64,000 bases of DNA from Calditrichia bacterium (GTDB taxonomy: Bacteria > Calditrichota > Calditrichia > JAJRVZ01), in the NCBI GenBank assembly GCA_963777955.1, contig CAVZSQ010000022.1:480001-544000 (forward strand), in the 5' to 3' direction. The position numbers and the translations under genes were made by a program. Below are positions 35,688-46,347 of the stretch, piece after piece (within the stretch, counting starts at the first letter, position 1; every line of letters begins with the position of its first letter). The notes beneath the pieces are model-generated. The model had not been told where the DNA came from. It did not search any database and saw only the letters and a program-made list of their open reading frames with translations.

Positions 35688-36437
35688 CTATGTATTGTTC
35701 CGTAATTCCCATAACTTGAGATATTTCAGGAAAACATAGTAACTGCCCAGCAGGGCAATAATCAATCCTACAAACCCGTCGCGAAAGCCTGCCTGAATAA
35801 AATAAGACTTGCAGAATTTTATAATTGGATTGATCAATATATTCCAGTATAAATCTTTTTCGCCTTTTTGCAGCATTTCGGCCGCTGCCTGGGAGGTGAG
35901 AATATTTATTTTATTTATATGATCGGTTATATTTTCATACGAATAATGCAGTAAATCACCTTTCAATTTTTCACAGCGGCTCTTGACCTGCCAGTACTCA
36001 TGAATATCCAGCCCGGCCCAATGACCCTGTTGACGGTTGAATAACCTCACTTTATAATCAGGATACCAGCTGCCGTGAGTAATCCATTTACCGAGATAAA
36101 ACATTTTCCGGGGCATCTGGTAGGCCTGCGCGGCCAGACCGGCTTGCCTGCTCCGCATTATTTCATATTTTAGTTGATCGGATACTTCTTCATCAGCATC
36201 GATGGAAAAGATCCAATCATATCTGGCCAGGCCGGTGGCATAGATCTTCTGCTTGACAAAACCTTCCCAGTTATGCTGGATAACACGGCTGGTATACTTT
36301 TTACTCAGGACTATGGTTTGATCCGTGCTGAAAGAATCAACGACAACAATTTCGTCTGCCCAGTCCAGACTCTGCAGGCAGCGTTCAATATTTTTTTCTT
36401 CGTTAAAGGCAATAACAATAGCTGATATTTTTTCCAT
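35688..36437 (-). CDS. Glycosyltransferase family 2 (WaaE/KdtX-like)
   Basis: NEEKNIERCL, VDSFSTD, IDADE, WYPDYKVRLF. Confidence 0.92.
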   Translation of the reverse strand: MEKISAIVIAFNEEKNIERCLQSLDWADEIVVVDSFSTDQTIVLSKKYTSRVIQHNWEGFVKQKIYATGLARYDWIFSIDADEEVSDQLKYEIMRSRQAGLAAQAYQMPRKMFYLGKWITHGSWYPDYKVRLFNRQQGHWAGLDIHEYWQVKSRCEKLKGDLLHYSYENITDHINKINILTSQAAAEMLQKGEKDLYWNILINPIIKFCKSYFIQAGFRDGFVGLIIALLGSYYVFLKYLKLWELRNNT

Positions 36438-36454
36438 AAAATCCTGTTTATTTT

Positions 36455-37552
36455 TCAGTTTGTACCGTTGAATTGTGCACGGAATATTTTATCCAGTTGA
36501 TCATAAATCGCCATGGCTGAAAAGTTATACTCGACAAATTTTCTGCCCGCCTGTCCCATCTGGCGTCTTAACTCCGGTTTATCAAAAAGTAATTGCAGTT
36601 TTTTACTCATGTACAGGCTGTCATGCGGCGGGGCTAAAAATCCGGTGTGATTATGCTGCACTACCTCCGGTAAACTGCTGGTGTTGAAGGCGATCACCGG
36701 ACGTTCCAGTAATTGAGCTTCAATCGCTGTAAAACAGAATCCTTCAAACAGGGAAGGAATCAGTACTACATCTACGGCCTGGTAGTAGGGTTGGATCTGA
36801 TCGACGTGACCGACCAGGCGGCAATGATTGCTTAAATTTAATCTGTTTATTTTATTCTTGAGTGAATTTTCTTCTTCCCCCTCGCCTACAATTAATAAAT
36901 AAACATCCGGATAAATATTTATTAATTGCTGCAAGACTTCCAGCGCATAACCATGACCTTTCTGCCTGGCCAGACGGCCGATAATTCCAAGTACTTTAGC
37001 GGTAGCGGGTATATGCAGTTGCTGGCGGATATCCTGGGGCCGGAATTTTGCAAACGCCTGGCTATCGATGGGATTGTAAACCAAATGTATGCTTTTCTGC
37101 GGAAACCAGGGAAAACTGTGGCGGATCGTATTACCGGTGGCCGTGGAGTTTACAATGATTTGATCCACCTTTTTATATTTCAGGCGATTGAAATAATTAT
37201 TGGTAATTGCTTTATCCAGGCCACGCCTGAAAATAATGCCTGTGCGTCCATTGTATTTTTTAATATAATTTGCCAGGGTAAGATCACGGCCGGAATTTGC
37301 AATAATCAGTAATGAATCCCTGGTATCAATAAAGGTATTGAGAATTTGTTTGTCTGCCGTCAAAGTAAAACGGCCGGGTTTCAGAGAATGGCAACTGAGA
37401 TTATCATCATGGCAGCGGCGTGCTAATTTACTGTCGGTCAGGGTGAGTACTTCGACACGGTAATTCCGGTTCCTGAATTCCATAGCACTCTGCCAGGTCC
37501 AGCGCTCGCCGCCGCCCCAGATCGGTGACAGGTTTATAAAAAGTAAAGTCAC
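36455..37552 (-). CDS. Glycosyltransferase family 4
   Basis: WGGGE, GRLARQKG, PSLFEGFCFTAIEA. Confidence 0.92.
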   Translation of the reverse strand: MTLLFINLSPIWGGGERWTWQSAMEFRNRNYRVEVLTLTDSKLARRCHDDNLSCHSLKPGRFTLTADKQILNTFIDTRDSLLIIANSGRDLTLANYIKKYNGRTGIIFRRGLDKAITNNYFNRLKYKKVDQIIVNSTATGNTIRHSFPWFPQKSIHLVYNPIDSQAFAKFRPQDIRQQLHIPATAKVLGIIGRLARQKGHGYALEVLQQLINIYPDVYLLIVGEGEEENSLKNKINRLNLSNHCRLVGHVDQIQPYYQAVDVVLIPSLFEGFCFTAIEAQLLERPVIAFNTSSLPEVVQHNHTGFLAPPHDSLYMSKKLQLLFDKPELRRQMGQAGRKFVEYNFSAMAIYDQLDKIFRAQFNGTN

Positions 37553-37725
37553 AGGATTTCCAATTTCATATATGATTTTATAATGTAAAGTATAAAAAAA
37601 ATGGATAATAAAAAATAACTTAATGAAATTTAGTTGTAATAATGAGTATAGAACTGAACTTTAAATTTTATTTTGAATTAAACTTGATTAAATTTAAAGA
37701 GATATGAAATAGTACTAAAGACCAC

Positions 37726-38949
37726 ATGATTGAAAAAAAGGATACATATTTAGAACGGATTTTAATTGTTATAATAATACTTTGGAGTATCATCTTATCC
37801 TGGTCGCTGGCCGGGATGCAGGTAATGCTGGGATTGGTCATTGTCAGTTATCTGATCGTTTGCCTGCTGCAACACAAGCATCCAATTCAATTTCATGCAT
37901 TTTATATCGTCAGCGGAATTTATATAATATTCAATCTGATTATCCTGATATCCTCCGCTGATCCGGTGAAATCAATCATCAGTTTTATAAATAACGACTG
38001 GGTCATTTTTACCATTCCTTTTATTGTTTCGTTAAACCTGTCGGGCAGATGGAGAAAAATAGTTTTTCAGGCAGTTTTAGTATCAGCGCTGCTGGCAGCC
38101 CTTTACGGTATTTTCCAGTTTTTCAGCGGACTGGATTTAATCCGTAATACAAAATTGGGGCTGCTGGGAACACATTACCGTGCTGTCGGTGCCTATGGTT
38201 CCTTTCTTTCCTATGCCGGTAATCAATTGATGGTGTTTGCCTGTGCTTATGCCTTCTTTTTATTAAGCACAAAAAGCAAAATCGAGAAAACGATCTACCT
38301 GCTGGCTGCCGGTATCATGTTGCTCAGTATCGTTGCTTCGCAGAGCCGCAGCACCTGGCTGGCCATTCCGGTTATCCTGGTGATCGGATTATTAGCAGTC
38401 CCCAAAAAACAGATATTTTATGCGGCTATACTTTTAGTGGTTATAGCCGCCGGGGTTATCACCTTTGTACCGGAAATATCCTCGCGCTTTATGAATATTT
38501 TTAATCCGGCTCAGAACGAAACCCGCTTAAATTTATGGAGGACTTCGCTGGCGATCATTGCGGATCACCCGCTGACGGGTATAGGTTCGGGTACCTTCAA
38601 TGACTATTTCGAAATTTACCGCGTACCCGGTTTCTATGATGCCCGCGGTCATGCTCATAACGATTATATAAATAAAGCTGTAATCAGCGGATTAATCGGA
38701 TTGATTACCTGGCTGGCTATGTGGGTAACCTGGTTCATTTATATGGTGCGGGTGTATATAAGATTGCCGGAAAATGACGATGACAAGAAAATTGTTCTGG
38801 GGACTATACTGGCCCTCAGTGGAATATTAATTGCTGCCCTGTTTCAATGTTACTACACGGATCTGGAAAATAATATTGTGTGGTGGTTTATGGCCGCCTG
38901 GGGATTGCAGATTTCGCTGCAAAAAAGAGCAGCAAAGCCGGCGCTTTGA
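37726..38949 (+). CDS. O-antigen ligase family protein
   Basis: Multi-TM; SQSRSTW, RLNLW..SL..IADHPLTGIG, HAHNDY. Confidence 0.9.
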   Translation: MIEKKDTYLERILIVIIILWSIILSWSLAGMQVMLGLVIVSYLIVCLLQHKHPIQFHAFYIVSGIYIIFNLIILISSADPVKSIISFINNDWVIFTIPFIVSLNLSGRWRKIVFQAVLVSALLAALYGIFQFFSGLDLIRNTKLGLLGTHYRAVGAYGSFLSYAGNQLMVFACAYAFFLLSTKSKIEKTIYLLAAGIMLLSIVASQSRSTWLAIPVILVIGLLAVPKKQIFYAAILLVVIAAGVITFVPEISSRFMNIFNPAQNETRLNLWRTSLAIIADHPLTGIGSGTFNDYFEIYRVPGFYDARGHAHNDYINKAVISGLIGLITWLAMWVTWFIYMVRVYIRLPENDDDKKIVLGTILALSGILIAALFQCYYTDLENNIVWWFMAAWGLQISLQKRAAKPAL

Positions 38950-38968
38950 TTCTTGCCTCCCCGCGCGG

Positions 38969-40381
38969 TTAATAAGCATTTTCCCCTTTCAGGATAGCCA
39001 TAAATGTAAGAATAATTATTTTAAGATCGAACCACAACGACCAGTTCTCGATATAATAAATATCATATTTAGTCCGCTCTTCGACAGGTGATTGTCCGCG
39101 TAAACCGTTAACCTGGGCCCAGCCGGTTATACCGCTGCGGACCCGGTGGCGTTCGGAATATTTTGGAATAAGATAGCGGAACTGCTGGACAAAATGCGGG
39201 CGTTCCGGACGTGGCCCCACCAGACTCATATCTCCCCTGAGTATATTAAATAGTTGCGGTAATTCATCCAGGCTGGTCCGGCGTAAAAAACGTCCGACCG
39301 CAAATACCCGGGGATCTCCGGCGGTGGCCCAGACCGGACCGGTTTTCTGCTCGGCATCAGTCCTCATGGTACGGAACTTCCAGATAAAAAACCTGCGGCC
39401 ATCCAATCCGATCCTTTCCTGTTTATAAAAAACAGGTCCCGGCGAAGTGACCTTGATCAGCAAAGCGATTATTAACCAGAATGGCAGCGAAAGTAATAAA
39501 GCTACTACCGAAATGATAGTATCAAAAATATACTTGATAAATCCCTGCCAACCGGAGAGGGAGATAGATTTCAATTTGAGCAGCAGCAAACCCTGTAAAT
39601 CGACAGCTGTATAGTGCGAAGTCATCAATTCAAGAATATCGGGCATATAGTATAATTCGATATTCTTGCCCTCGATACTTTTAATTATATCGAGAATACG
39701 ATACGATTCATGCTCCGGGAAGCCGACGATCACCGCATCAGGTTTATTTTTGGTCAAAAAAGTATCCAGTTCGTTTATACCGGCCAATAAGGGCTGTGCT
39801 AATGCTGGAATCTCCCTGTCACTGAGATACCCGAGGATATTAAAATCATGTTTCCGGGTTTGCTGCAAATGGCCGGCTAATTTTTCGAGCAATTCCGCCG
39901 AGCCGATCAGCAGAGTATTAACTATAGTGAATCCCTGCCTGGTTAATTTATTCTTGAGGCGGTGAAATATAAATCTGCTGAATAACAAAAACAGTTGACT
40001 GTTCAAATAGATCAGTAAAAAAACGGTACGTGAATATGAAAAACCTCTGTATAAAAAAGCCGCACTCATGCCCAGTAAAATCCCCAGCAGCGCTACCTTC
40101 AGGATAGAAGGAATCTCTTCGGAAAAACTGGAATAAATCCTGGAGTCATAAGCACGGGAACTGATAAACAGAATAAAATAGACCAGGGTCAAAACCAGAC
40201 CAAAATAAAAGTAACTCAGGTAAGGTGGAATAATGCCCCTGGGGGTCGGGACATAAATGATCAGCGGCGAATAAAAACGCAGCCAATATGAGAATGAGAT
40301 AGCCAGAGTTATGGCCGTAATATCCGCTACCATTTTTAAAAATGGTATGTACAGATTTTTTTTGTATATATCGAACTTCAT
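38969..40381 (-). CDS. wcaJ: Undecaprenyl-phosphate glucose phosphotransferase (WcaJ-like)
   Basis: KFRTM, RRTSLDELPQLFNILRGDMSLVGPRPERP, GITGWAQVNG. Confidence 0.9.
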   Translation of the reverse strand: MKFDIYKKNLYIPFLKMVADITAITLAISFSYWLRFYSPLIIYVPTPRGIIPPYLSYFYFGLVLTLVYFILFISSRAYDSRIYSSFSEEIPSILKVALLGILLGMSAAFLYRGFSYSRTVFLLIYLNSQLFLLFSRFIFHRLKNKLTRQGFTIVNTLLIGSAELLEKLAGHLQQTRKHDFNILGYLSDREIPALAQPLLAGINELDTFLTKNKPDAVIVGFPEHESYRILDIIKSIEGKNIELYYMPDILELMTSHYTAVDLQGLLLLKLKSISLSGWQGFIKYIFDTIISVVALLLSLPFWLIIALLIKVTSPGPVFYKQERIGLDGRRFFIWKFRTMRTDAEQKTGPVWATAGDPRVFAVGRFLRRTSLDELPQLFNILRGDMSLVGPRPERPHFVQQFRYLIPKYSERHRVRSGITGWAQVNGLRGQSPVEERTKYDIYYIENWSLWFDLKIIILTFMAILKGENAY

Positions 40382-40398
40382 CGGGTAATGGATTTTAA

Positions 40399-41349
40399 TT
40401 ATTTCTTAATTTGAAAATTAGGCCGAGCATAATTGGAATGCCAGTAATATTTTTGCCCGCTGGCCCAGCGGATTAATTTTCCCGGCAGACCATGACCATA
40501 AAATCCACAGCGGTAACCAAGCCATTTAGCCAGCAGTAAAGCCATGATTCTGGGTAATAGCCAGGGCTGCCGCGGCAAGGTATGTCCAAGCAAAGCGATG
40601 GTGAAATTAAGACCGCGGGATTCATCTGTACCGACCAATTCCCTGATCCAGCGGTTTTCGGCGCGAACATAGCCAATATCGAAATAGCGTTGAAACTCCT
40701 GCCGCAGGGAATAGGTATGGGAGTGATAGACCTGTGCCTCGGCTACATAGGCGATACGCTGACCCCGGGATAATAATCTGGCCACGGTGACGTAATCCTC
40801 ATTGCTCAGGATGGCCGGAAATCCACCCACCTGGTCCAGTGCAGCATTGGACCAGGCAGCGCAACTATTGGAGCAAAAAAAGGTGTACACATCATAAGTT
40901 TTGCTATCCGCTAAACCGCGAATCTGGCTGACAGCGGGATAATTGAATTCACGCTGAAAGGCTTCCAGCAGACCTGCTCCCTGATGCGGGAGCTGCCGGG
41001 CATAACTGACAGCCGCTACCCCCGCCAGCAGCGGTTGAACCAGGAAGCCCAGCATGCCGGCATCGACAGGATATGCATCCTGGGTCAGCATGATTACTAT
41101 CTCGGTACCGAGTAATTTTCGTCCCCGCTCGCGGGTAGCCCCATGATTGAATTCAAGCGGTTTGATAATTTCAATTTGTGCTCCCAGGCGCTGTGCTATT
41201 TCTCTGGTCTGGTCGGTCGACGAGGTGTCGATGACCAGCACTTTTGGCTTAAGCGGTGAATCAAAAATAGGTCCCAGGCAACGCCGTAAATGCTTTTCAG
41301 CATTACGAGTCAGCAGTAAAACACCGAATTTATTATTTTCCGTATTCAT
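40399..41349 (-). CDS. Glycosyltransferase family 2, rhamnosyltransferase-like
   Basis: DTSSTD, FNHGATR, LTQDA, YARQLP, VYHSHTYS. Confidence 0.88.
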   Translation of the reverse strand: MNTENNKFGVLLLTRNAEKHLRRCLGPIFDSPLKPKVLVIDTSSTDQTREIAQRLGAQIEIIKPLEFNHGATRERGRKLLGTEIVIMLTQDAYPVDAGMLGFLVQPLLAGVAAVSYARQLPHQGAGLLEAFQREFNYPAVSQIRGLADSKTYDVYTFFCSNSCAAWSNAALDQVGGFPAILSNEDYVTVARLLSRGQRIAYVAEAQVYHSHTYSLRQEFQRYFDIGYVRAENRWIRELVGTDESRGLNFTIALLGHTLPRQPWLLPRIMALLLAKWLGYRCGFYGHGLPGKLIRWASGQKYYWHSNYARPNFQIKK

Positions 41350-41379
41350 GCGATATCTACTACTTAAAAATAATTTACA

Positions 41380-42567
41380 TTATTTGCGTCTATCATCTGC
41401 TAAAATGGCATTAATCGTTTCCACGGTATATTTTAAATTGCCGGAGGGATGCCGGTAAAATATGCGATCGATTTGCTCGCTGCAATTTGGAATCCGCTCT
41501 GCTGAAATATCCCGCAGTATTTCGCCGGGTTTAAGATACGGTGACAGGCCCAGGCGCTTATAAATTTCACCGCCTTCCTTAAGTAACTTTTCAGTACTTA
41601 AAAAAACACAATTTCCCCCCAGGTATATCCATTCAAAAGCGAGAGTGGACAATCCAGAAATCAGAATTTTATACCTTGATATTCCCTGCAGGAATTCTGC
41701 AGCCGGAGAAGTATCGATTCGCACCGGCAAGGAATAATTTCGAAGGAATTCTTCATATATCCGCACATCATCACGGGGGTGTACCCTGAGACAGATATCA
41801 AACCGCCCGGCCTGACTTTCCGCAATACTTTGCAGCAAGCCGTGAATGGAATCCAGTTGTTCATTATGGCCGGAGGCATCCAGGTGCCAGAGATAAGCCT
41901 GGGTGATATAAATGAGTTCCTTTTTTCGCAGCGGAACTTCAGGTTTGTCCTGCACGGCCGGGTAACGATCCAGCAGCAATGGCCCGCTCAGATAAATGTT
42001 AGATTCAGGGATCTTTCTCTCGCGCAGGGTATTTTTATTGAGAGATCCGATGGTAAACAGGTAATCGGCGTAGTAATTATTAAAGAAGCGTATGGACAAG
42101 CTGGATCTTATTTTTTCCGTTAAGAAAAAAAACCGGTCGGATAGCGATATCGCTTTCCGGCCGAACAATAATAAACCGCGTACATAGGCCAGGTGCAGTA
42201 CGGACGGATACAGTAATATTAATATCCGGTGAAAAATCAACGGGACACCGGAAAGAATATGGGTGATTTTATTCTGCCGGAATATCCGGATCAGCATCAG
42301 GGCATTGATCAGGATAATGATTATTTTTTTAAACACAGACAATTGTTTGAAATTATGTTCAAATGGATTTTTTGCGGTAAATGTTTTTACAAATAATGAA
42401 TCAGTTTCCCCGCTATAATCTGCCAGATGATAGATAGGATGAGTCTTAAAGAGGATGAACTCCCGTTGATCCTGTTTTGCAGCGAGAAGTTCCCGCACCA
42501 GAACTACCAGTTCGTTGAATTCTTCCCTGTTTTCGACCGCAAATAAAATTTTTACCGGGTGATCCAT
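41380..42567 (-). CDS. Hypothetical GT-B-like protein, candidate nonulosonate (pseudaminyl) transferase
   Basis: SGPLLLD, YITQA, RVHPRD, STLAFE resemble sialyl/poly(glycerol-P) transferase-like folds; next to flippase and pseI. Confidence 0.5.
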   Translation of the reverse strand: MDHPVKILFAVENREEFNELVVLVRELLAAKQDQREFILFKTHPIYHLADYSGETDSLFVKTFTAKNPFEHNFKQLSVFKKIIIILINALMLIRIFRQNKITHILSGVPLIFHRILILLYPSVLHLAYVRGLLLFGRKAISLSDRFFFLTEKIRSSLSIRFFNNYYADYLFTIGSLNKNTLRERKIPESNIYLSGPLLLDRYPAVQDKPEVPLRKKELIYITQAYLWHLDASGHNEQLDSIHGLLQSIAESQAGRFDICLRVHPRDDVRIYEEFLRNYSLPVRIDTSPAAEFLQGISRYKILISGLSTLAFEWIYLGGNCVFLSTEKLLKEGGEIYKRLGLSPYLKPGEILRDISAERIPNCSEQIDRIFYRHPSGNLKYTVETINAILADDRRK

Positions 42568-43823
42568 GAATCAGCGGCTTTTTTAAATTGTACATAATAA
42601 TATTTCAGACCTAAAATAACCAGATAACTCAGTAAGATCGACATAGCGGCTCCAATCATCCCGAAAGGCGGGATTAAAAGAAAATTACCGGCTATATTTA
42701 CAATGGCTCCGGCCAACGTACAGCCCATAATCACTTTATCCGCATTATGCACATATAACATGTAATGCGGCAGATAAGAGATATTTAAAATCACAAAAGC
42801 CAGGATTAGTATATAGTACGTATCAAGATGCGGTACAAATTCACTTTTACCGAGCAAGCCAAGCAACGGTTTGATTAAAAGTAATAATAATAAGGCCAAT
42901 GACAGGGAAAACCACAGCACCATTTTCTTAAATTGGCTCATTGTCGCTGTAAATTCTGAGTGCTGTTCTTTTTTAAATGATTCTACCAGTCGCGGGAATA
43001 AGATCATAATGATTCCGGTGAAAATAATGACATTAAGCATATTGGCAATATTCCAGAAAAAAGTATAGATGCCAACCAGTGATTTGCTGGTCCAGACATC
43101 GAGGAAAAATCTGCCTGATTGTTCTATAAGTCTTAAAGACAGGGCTACAATTAAAAAAGGGATACTGATCTTGAATCCCCGTTTCAACCAGGACCAGTCG
43201 ATTGGACTACGGGTAAACATCCTGATCTTTAAGTGATACAGATAGAGGACTGACAACAGACAGGCTAGTAAAGATCCGCTGAACCAGGCCAGCCAGATAG
43301 TTTGCAGGTTTTTCGCTGAGTCGATTCCACCGAGCCACAGGGCAATTAATGCCAGGGACCAGGAGCCGGTTTTGATGAAAAAAATAAAATTGGCAAATAC
43401 CGGTCGGGAAAGAACAGTAAAAAGTCTGTAAAATTCTATGGAAATGTGTTCGGTGATTAAAATGACATAGAACCAGAATAAATACTGCAGCGGCAGGAAT
43501 TGACTGTAAAGAACAGGTATGAGTACAGGTAGAATAACCAGGTAGGTAAATCCAAAGGCGATGAACTGGTTGCGAATCAGGACAGCTATGCTAGCCTCAG
43601 GGACAGCCAAAATCTCCCTGGTACTGAAATTATAAAATTCAAAACCTAGCAGATACATGGCCATGATAACAGCAGAATTAAAAAGCCCGAAGATTCCCAG
43701 ATCGGTAGTCGAAAAGTACTTGGCAATATAGATAATGATTAGAAATTTGCTCAGCATCGATATTGAGCGGAGCAGAAGTCCGGCAAAAGAGGTTTTAATG
43801 AAAGACAGCATAGGATTATTCAA
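42552..43823 (-). CDS. Wzx-type polysaccharide flippase
   Basis: About 12 TM; NIAGNFLLIPPFGMIGAAMS. Confidence 0.88.
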   Translation of the reverse strand: MNNPMLSFIKTSFAGLLLRSISMLSKFLIIIYIAKYFSTTDLGIFGLFNSAVIMAMYLLGFEFYNFSTREILAVPEASIAVLIRNQFIAFGFTYLVILPVLIPVLYSQFLPLQYLFWFYVILITEHISIEFYRLFTVLSRPVFANFIFFIKTGSWSLALIALWLGGIDSAKNLQTIWLAWFSGSLLACLLSVLYLYHLKIRMFTRSPIDWSWLKRGFKISIPFLIVALSLRLIEQSGRFFLDVWTSKSLVGIYTFFWNIANMLNVIIFTGIIMILFPRLVESFKKEQHSEFTATMSQFKKMVLWFSLSLALLLLLLIKPLLGLLGKSEFVPHLDTYYILILAFVILNISYLPHYMLYVHNADKVIMGCTLAGAIVNIAGNFLLIPPFGMIGAAMSILLSYLVILGLKYYYVQFKKAADSWITR

Positions 43824-44862
43824 TCAGATCAAAACTTAAGGGAGTACCCATTTCGATATCCTGGCGGGCATGCTTCCCCAGGATGTCTTGCAGGTATTTG
43901 GGCGGCAGACCGTGACCGGGCCGGATTGAACGGATATTCTGCCGGGTGAACAGTTCACCCTTTTTTATGTTTGCGGTAGCGAAAAGTGAACGGGTAAAAA
44001 TCCGGTTCTTTTTAATACTCCCGGAAAGTTCATAATTAATAGCGCCCAGGGCGGTTTCCACCTCGCGTATACTTAGTACCATCTTTTTAAATTCGGCCGG
44101 CTCAATCGAAAACTCAGCATCAGGACCGCCCAGTTTACGATCAAGGATAAAATGCTTTTCGATTATTTTTGCTCCCAGCGCGACGGCGGCAATAGGCACA
44201 GAAATACCGAGGGTATGATCCGAGATGCCGACCAGGCAATCAAAAGTTTCCTGCAGGTGCGGAATGGTTCTGAGATTGATTTCATCCAGCGGGGCCGGAT
44301 AGGCCGAAGTGCATTTCAGGATGATGATCTGCCGGTTATTCATACGCCGGCAGGCCTGAACGGCTTCGGCGATCTCGGCCAGGGTAGCAATACCGGTCGA
44401 AATGATTACAGGTCGTCCTTTGGCGGCGATATATTCGATCAAAGGAATATCGGTTATCTCAAAACTTGCTACTTTATATGCCGGAACTTCCATCTTTTCC
44501 AGGAAATCGACTGCGCTTTGATCGAAAGGGGATGAAAAACATTCCAATCCCAGCTGGTTGGCTGTTTTTTTCAGCTCCGGTTGCCATTCCCAGGGGGTAA
44601 ATGCTTCCTGGTAAAGTTGATACAAAGTCTTGCCGTCCCAGAGCGTACCCTGTTTGATTTGAAAGTAGGATTTATGACTGTCGATAGTCAGCGTGTCCGC
44701 CGTATAGGTCTGCAGTTTTATGGCATCGGCGCCGCTTTCTTTTGCCGCTTTGACCGTATCCAGGGCAATCTCGAATTTCTGATTGTGATTAGCGGAGAGT
44801 TCAGCTACAATGAATGTCTTCGATTCGGGCGAAAGATCAAAAGCACCAATCTTTATATTCAT
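43816..44862 (-). CDS. pseI: Pseudaminic acid synthase
   Basis: AELSANHNQ, KLQTYTADT, FTPWEW, LKCTSAYP, SDHT, SIRPGHGL. Confidence 0.93.
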   Translation of the reverse strand: MNIKIGAFDLSPESKTFIVAELSANHNQKFEIALDTVKAAKESGADAIKLQTYTADTLTIDSHKSYFQIKQGTLWDGKTLYQLYQEAFTPWEWQPELKKTANQLGLECFSSPFDQSAVDFLEKMEVPAYKVASFEITDIPLIEYIAAKGRPVIISTGIATLAEIAEAVQACRRMNNRQIIILKCTSAYPAPLDEINLRTIPHLQETFDCLVGISDHTLGISVPIAAVALGAKIIEKHFILDRKLGGPDAEFSIEPAEFKKMVLSIREVETALGAINYELSGSIKKNRIFTRSLFATANIKKGELFTRQNIRSIRPGHGLPPKYLQDILGKHARQDIEMGTPLSFDLIE

Positions 44863-45353
44863 ACTTTCCTCTTTAATATAAATATCTCGAATGGCATGTC
44901 ATTTATAATTGCCCGTTGGAGATGTGCACTGCGTGCGTATCCGGCTTTTAAAAATGACCGGGAAATTGCATCATTGTCAGGTTTGATATACGCAATTATT
45001 TCTTTTAATTCAGGTTTCAGTTTAAACACCCTGGCAGCTGTTGCCTTCAGCAGGGGCACGGCCAGGCCTTTTCCGCGGAAATCCCGGTTGATACTAATGC
45101 TGATCACGGCCGAATTATTTTTTACCTCGTAACGGACCTGTCCGAGAAATTGTTTTTGCTGGTCATAAACCACCAGGAAAATATAATCCGGGTCTTTTAT
45201 CTTGCGGGTGAACCACTGCACATGTTGTTCCAGAGTTATAGTTTGCGGGTGAATGGATTGTTGTCGAACCGCAGTATCATTGGAAAGTAAGAACACTCTT
45301 TCCATATCCGCCAGACGGGCTTTACGAATTGTGTACTTGATTTTTTCTGACAT
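44859..45353 (-). CDS. GNAT N-acetyltransferase (PseH-like)
   Basis: EQHVQWF, FRGKGLA acetyl-CoA motif; between pseG and pseI. Confidence 0.8.
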   Translation of the reverse strand: MSEKIKYTIRKARLADMERVFLLSNDTAVRQQSIHPQTITLEQHVQWFTRKIKDPDYIFLVVYDQQKQFLGQVRYEVKNNSAVISISINRDFRGKGLAVPLLKATAARVFKLKPELKEIIAYIKPDNDAISRSFLKAGYARSAHLQRAIINDMPFEIFILKRKV

Positions 45354-46345
45354 AATCCAATACTTTCTCCATGATCCGGTGGCTTCCCTGACCATCAATT
45401 AACCTCTGGCCGATGCGGCTCTTTTTTTGCCGGAGAGCGTGATCGGTTATTAATATATCAACTGATTTTTTTAAAGAATTCAGCAGTTTCTGATCATTCT
45501 GCCAGCCGGCAAACTCAATAAAATTTGTAGTCAACCAGCCTTCGATATTATACTTTTGATTTTCGGCCACTCCGATTACGACGGGTGGTACACCTACGGC
45601 TGCAAGTTCATACGTGGTTTGGCCGGCAGTACTGACGGCAATATCGCTGCTTTGCATGGCAGCAATTAACTGGTCGGCCGGCGGAGCTACTAGAAGTTGT
45701 ATTTTGTTATTGGTTATTCGTTTTGTCTGTTCCTGATTTTCAAAACTGGTTCCGATGAGCGCAATAATTTTTATTCCCGGATACTGACTGGTTAGAAATT
45801 CTGCCAATGCAGGGGTAAGTTGATGGGGATCGCTGCCGCCGCAGGTCAGGAATATGCTTTCTACAGTGGGATGTTCAGGTTTGGACCGGAGGTGCCAGAA
45901 TTGCCGGCGTAATGGTTGAAAGGTTGGCCCCAGCAGATAGGTTATCCGGTCGGTTGCCGGATATGCAATATTTCCGGCCAGCAGGTGCAAAGCACCGTTG
46001 ATTACAAGACCGGCGGGATAGGACAAGCGGTTATAATCGTCAAAGTATACCCCCGCCGCAACCTGCTGCTGAATCTGCCGGTAAACATCGATCCCGGCGA
46101 AATACGAATCGATTACAGCAATGTCCGCACCGCTGAGGTGATCTTTGCAGGGCGGGGTACCTTCGGTCCAATTGAAATATTGTGTTTGGAATTCTGTCAG
46201 CAGATCTTTGACGGATGTATCGGCCCAGACTACAAATGTGCAGGTGATACTCTGGTCAGCGAAAGCCTGAGCCAGGGCCAGGCATCTGGTCAAATGACCA
46301 AGACCGAGTCTTCTTTCCGCCTTCTGTGAAGAAAACTGCTTGCAT
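45322..46345 (-). CDS. pseG: UDP-2,4-diacetamido-2,4,6-trideoxy-altrose hydrolase (5' frameshift)
   Basis: GLGHLTRCLALA, IDSY, GGSD, AGQTTYEL, AENQ, IDGQGS. Confidence 0.85.
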
Positions 46346-46347
46346 AA

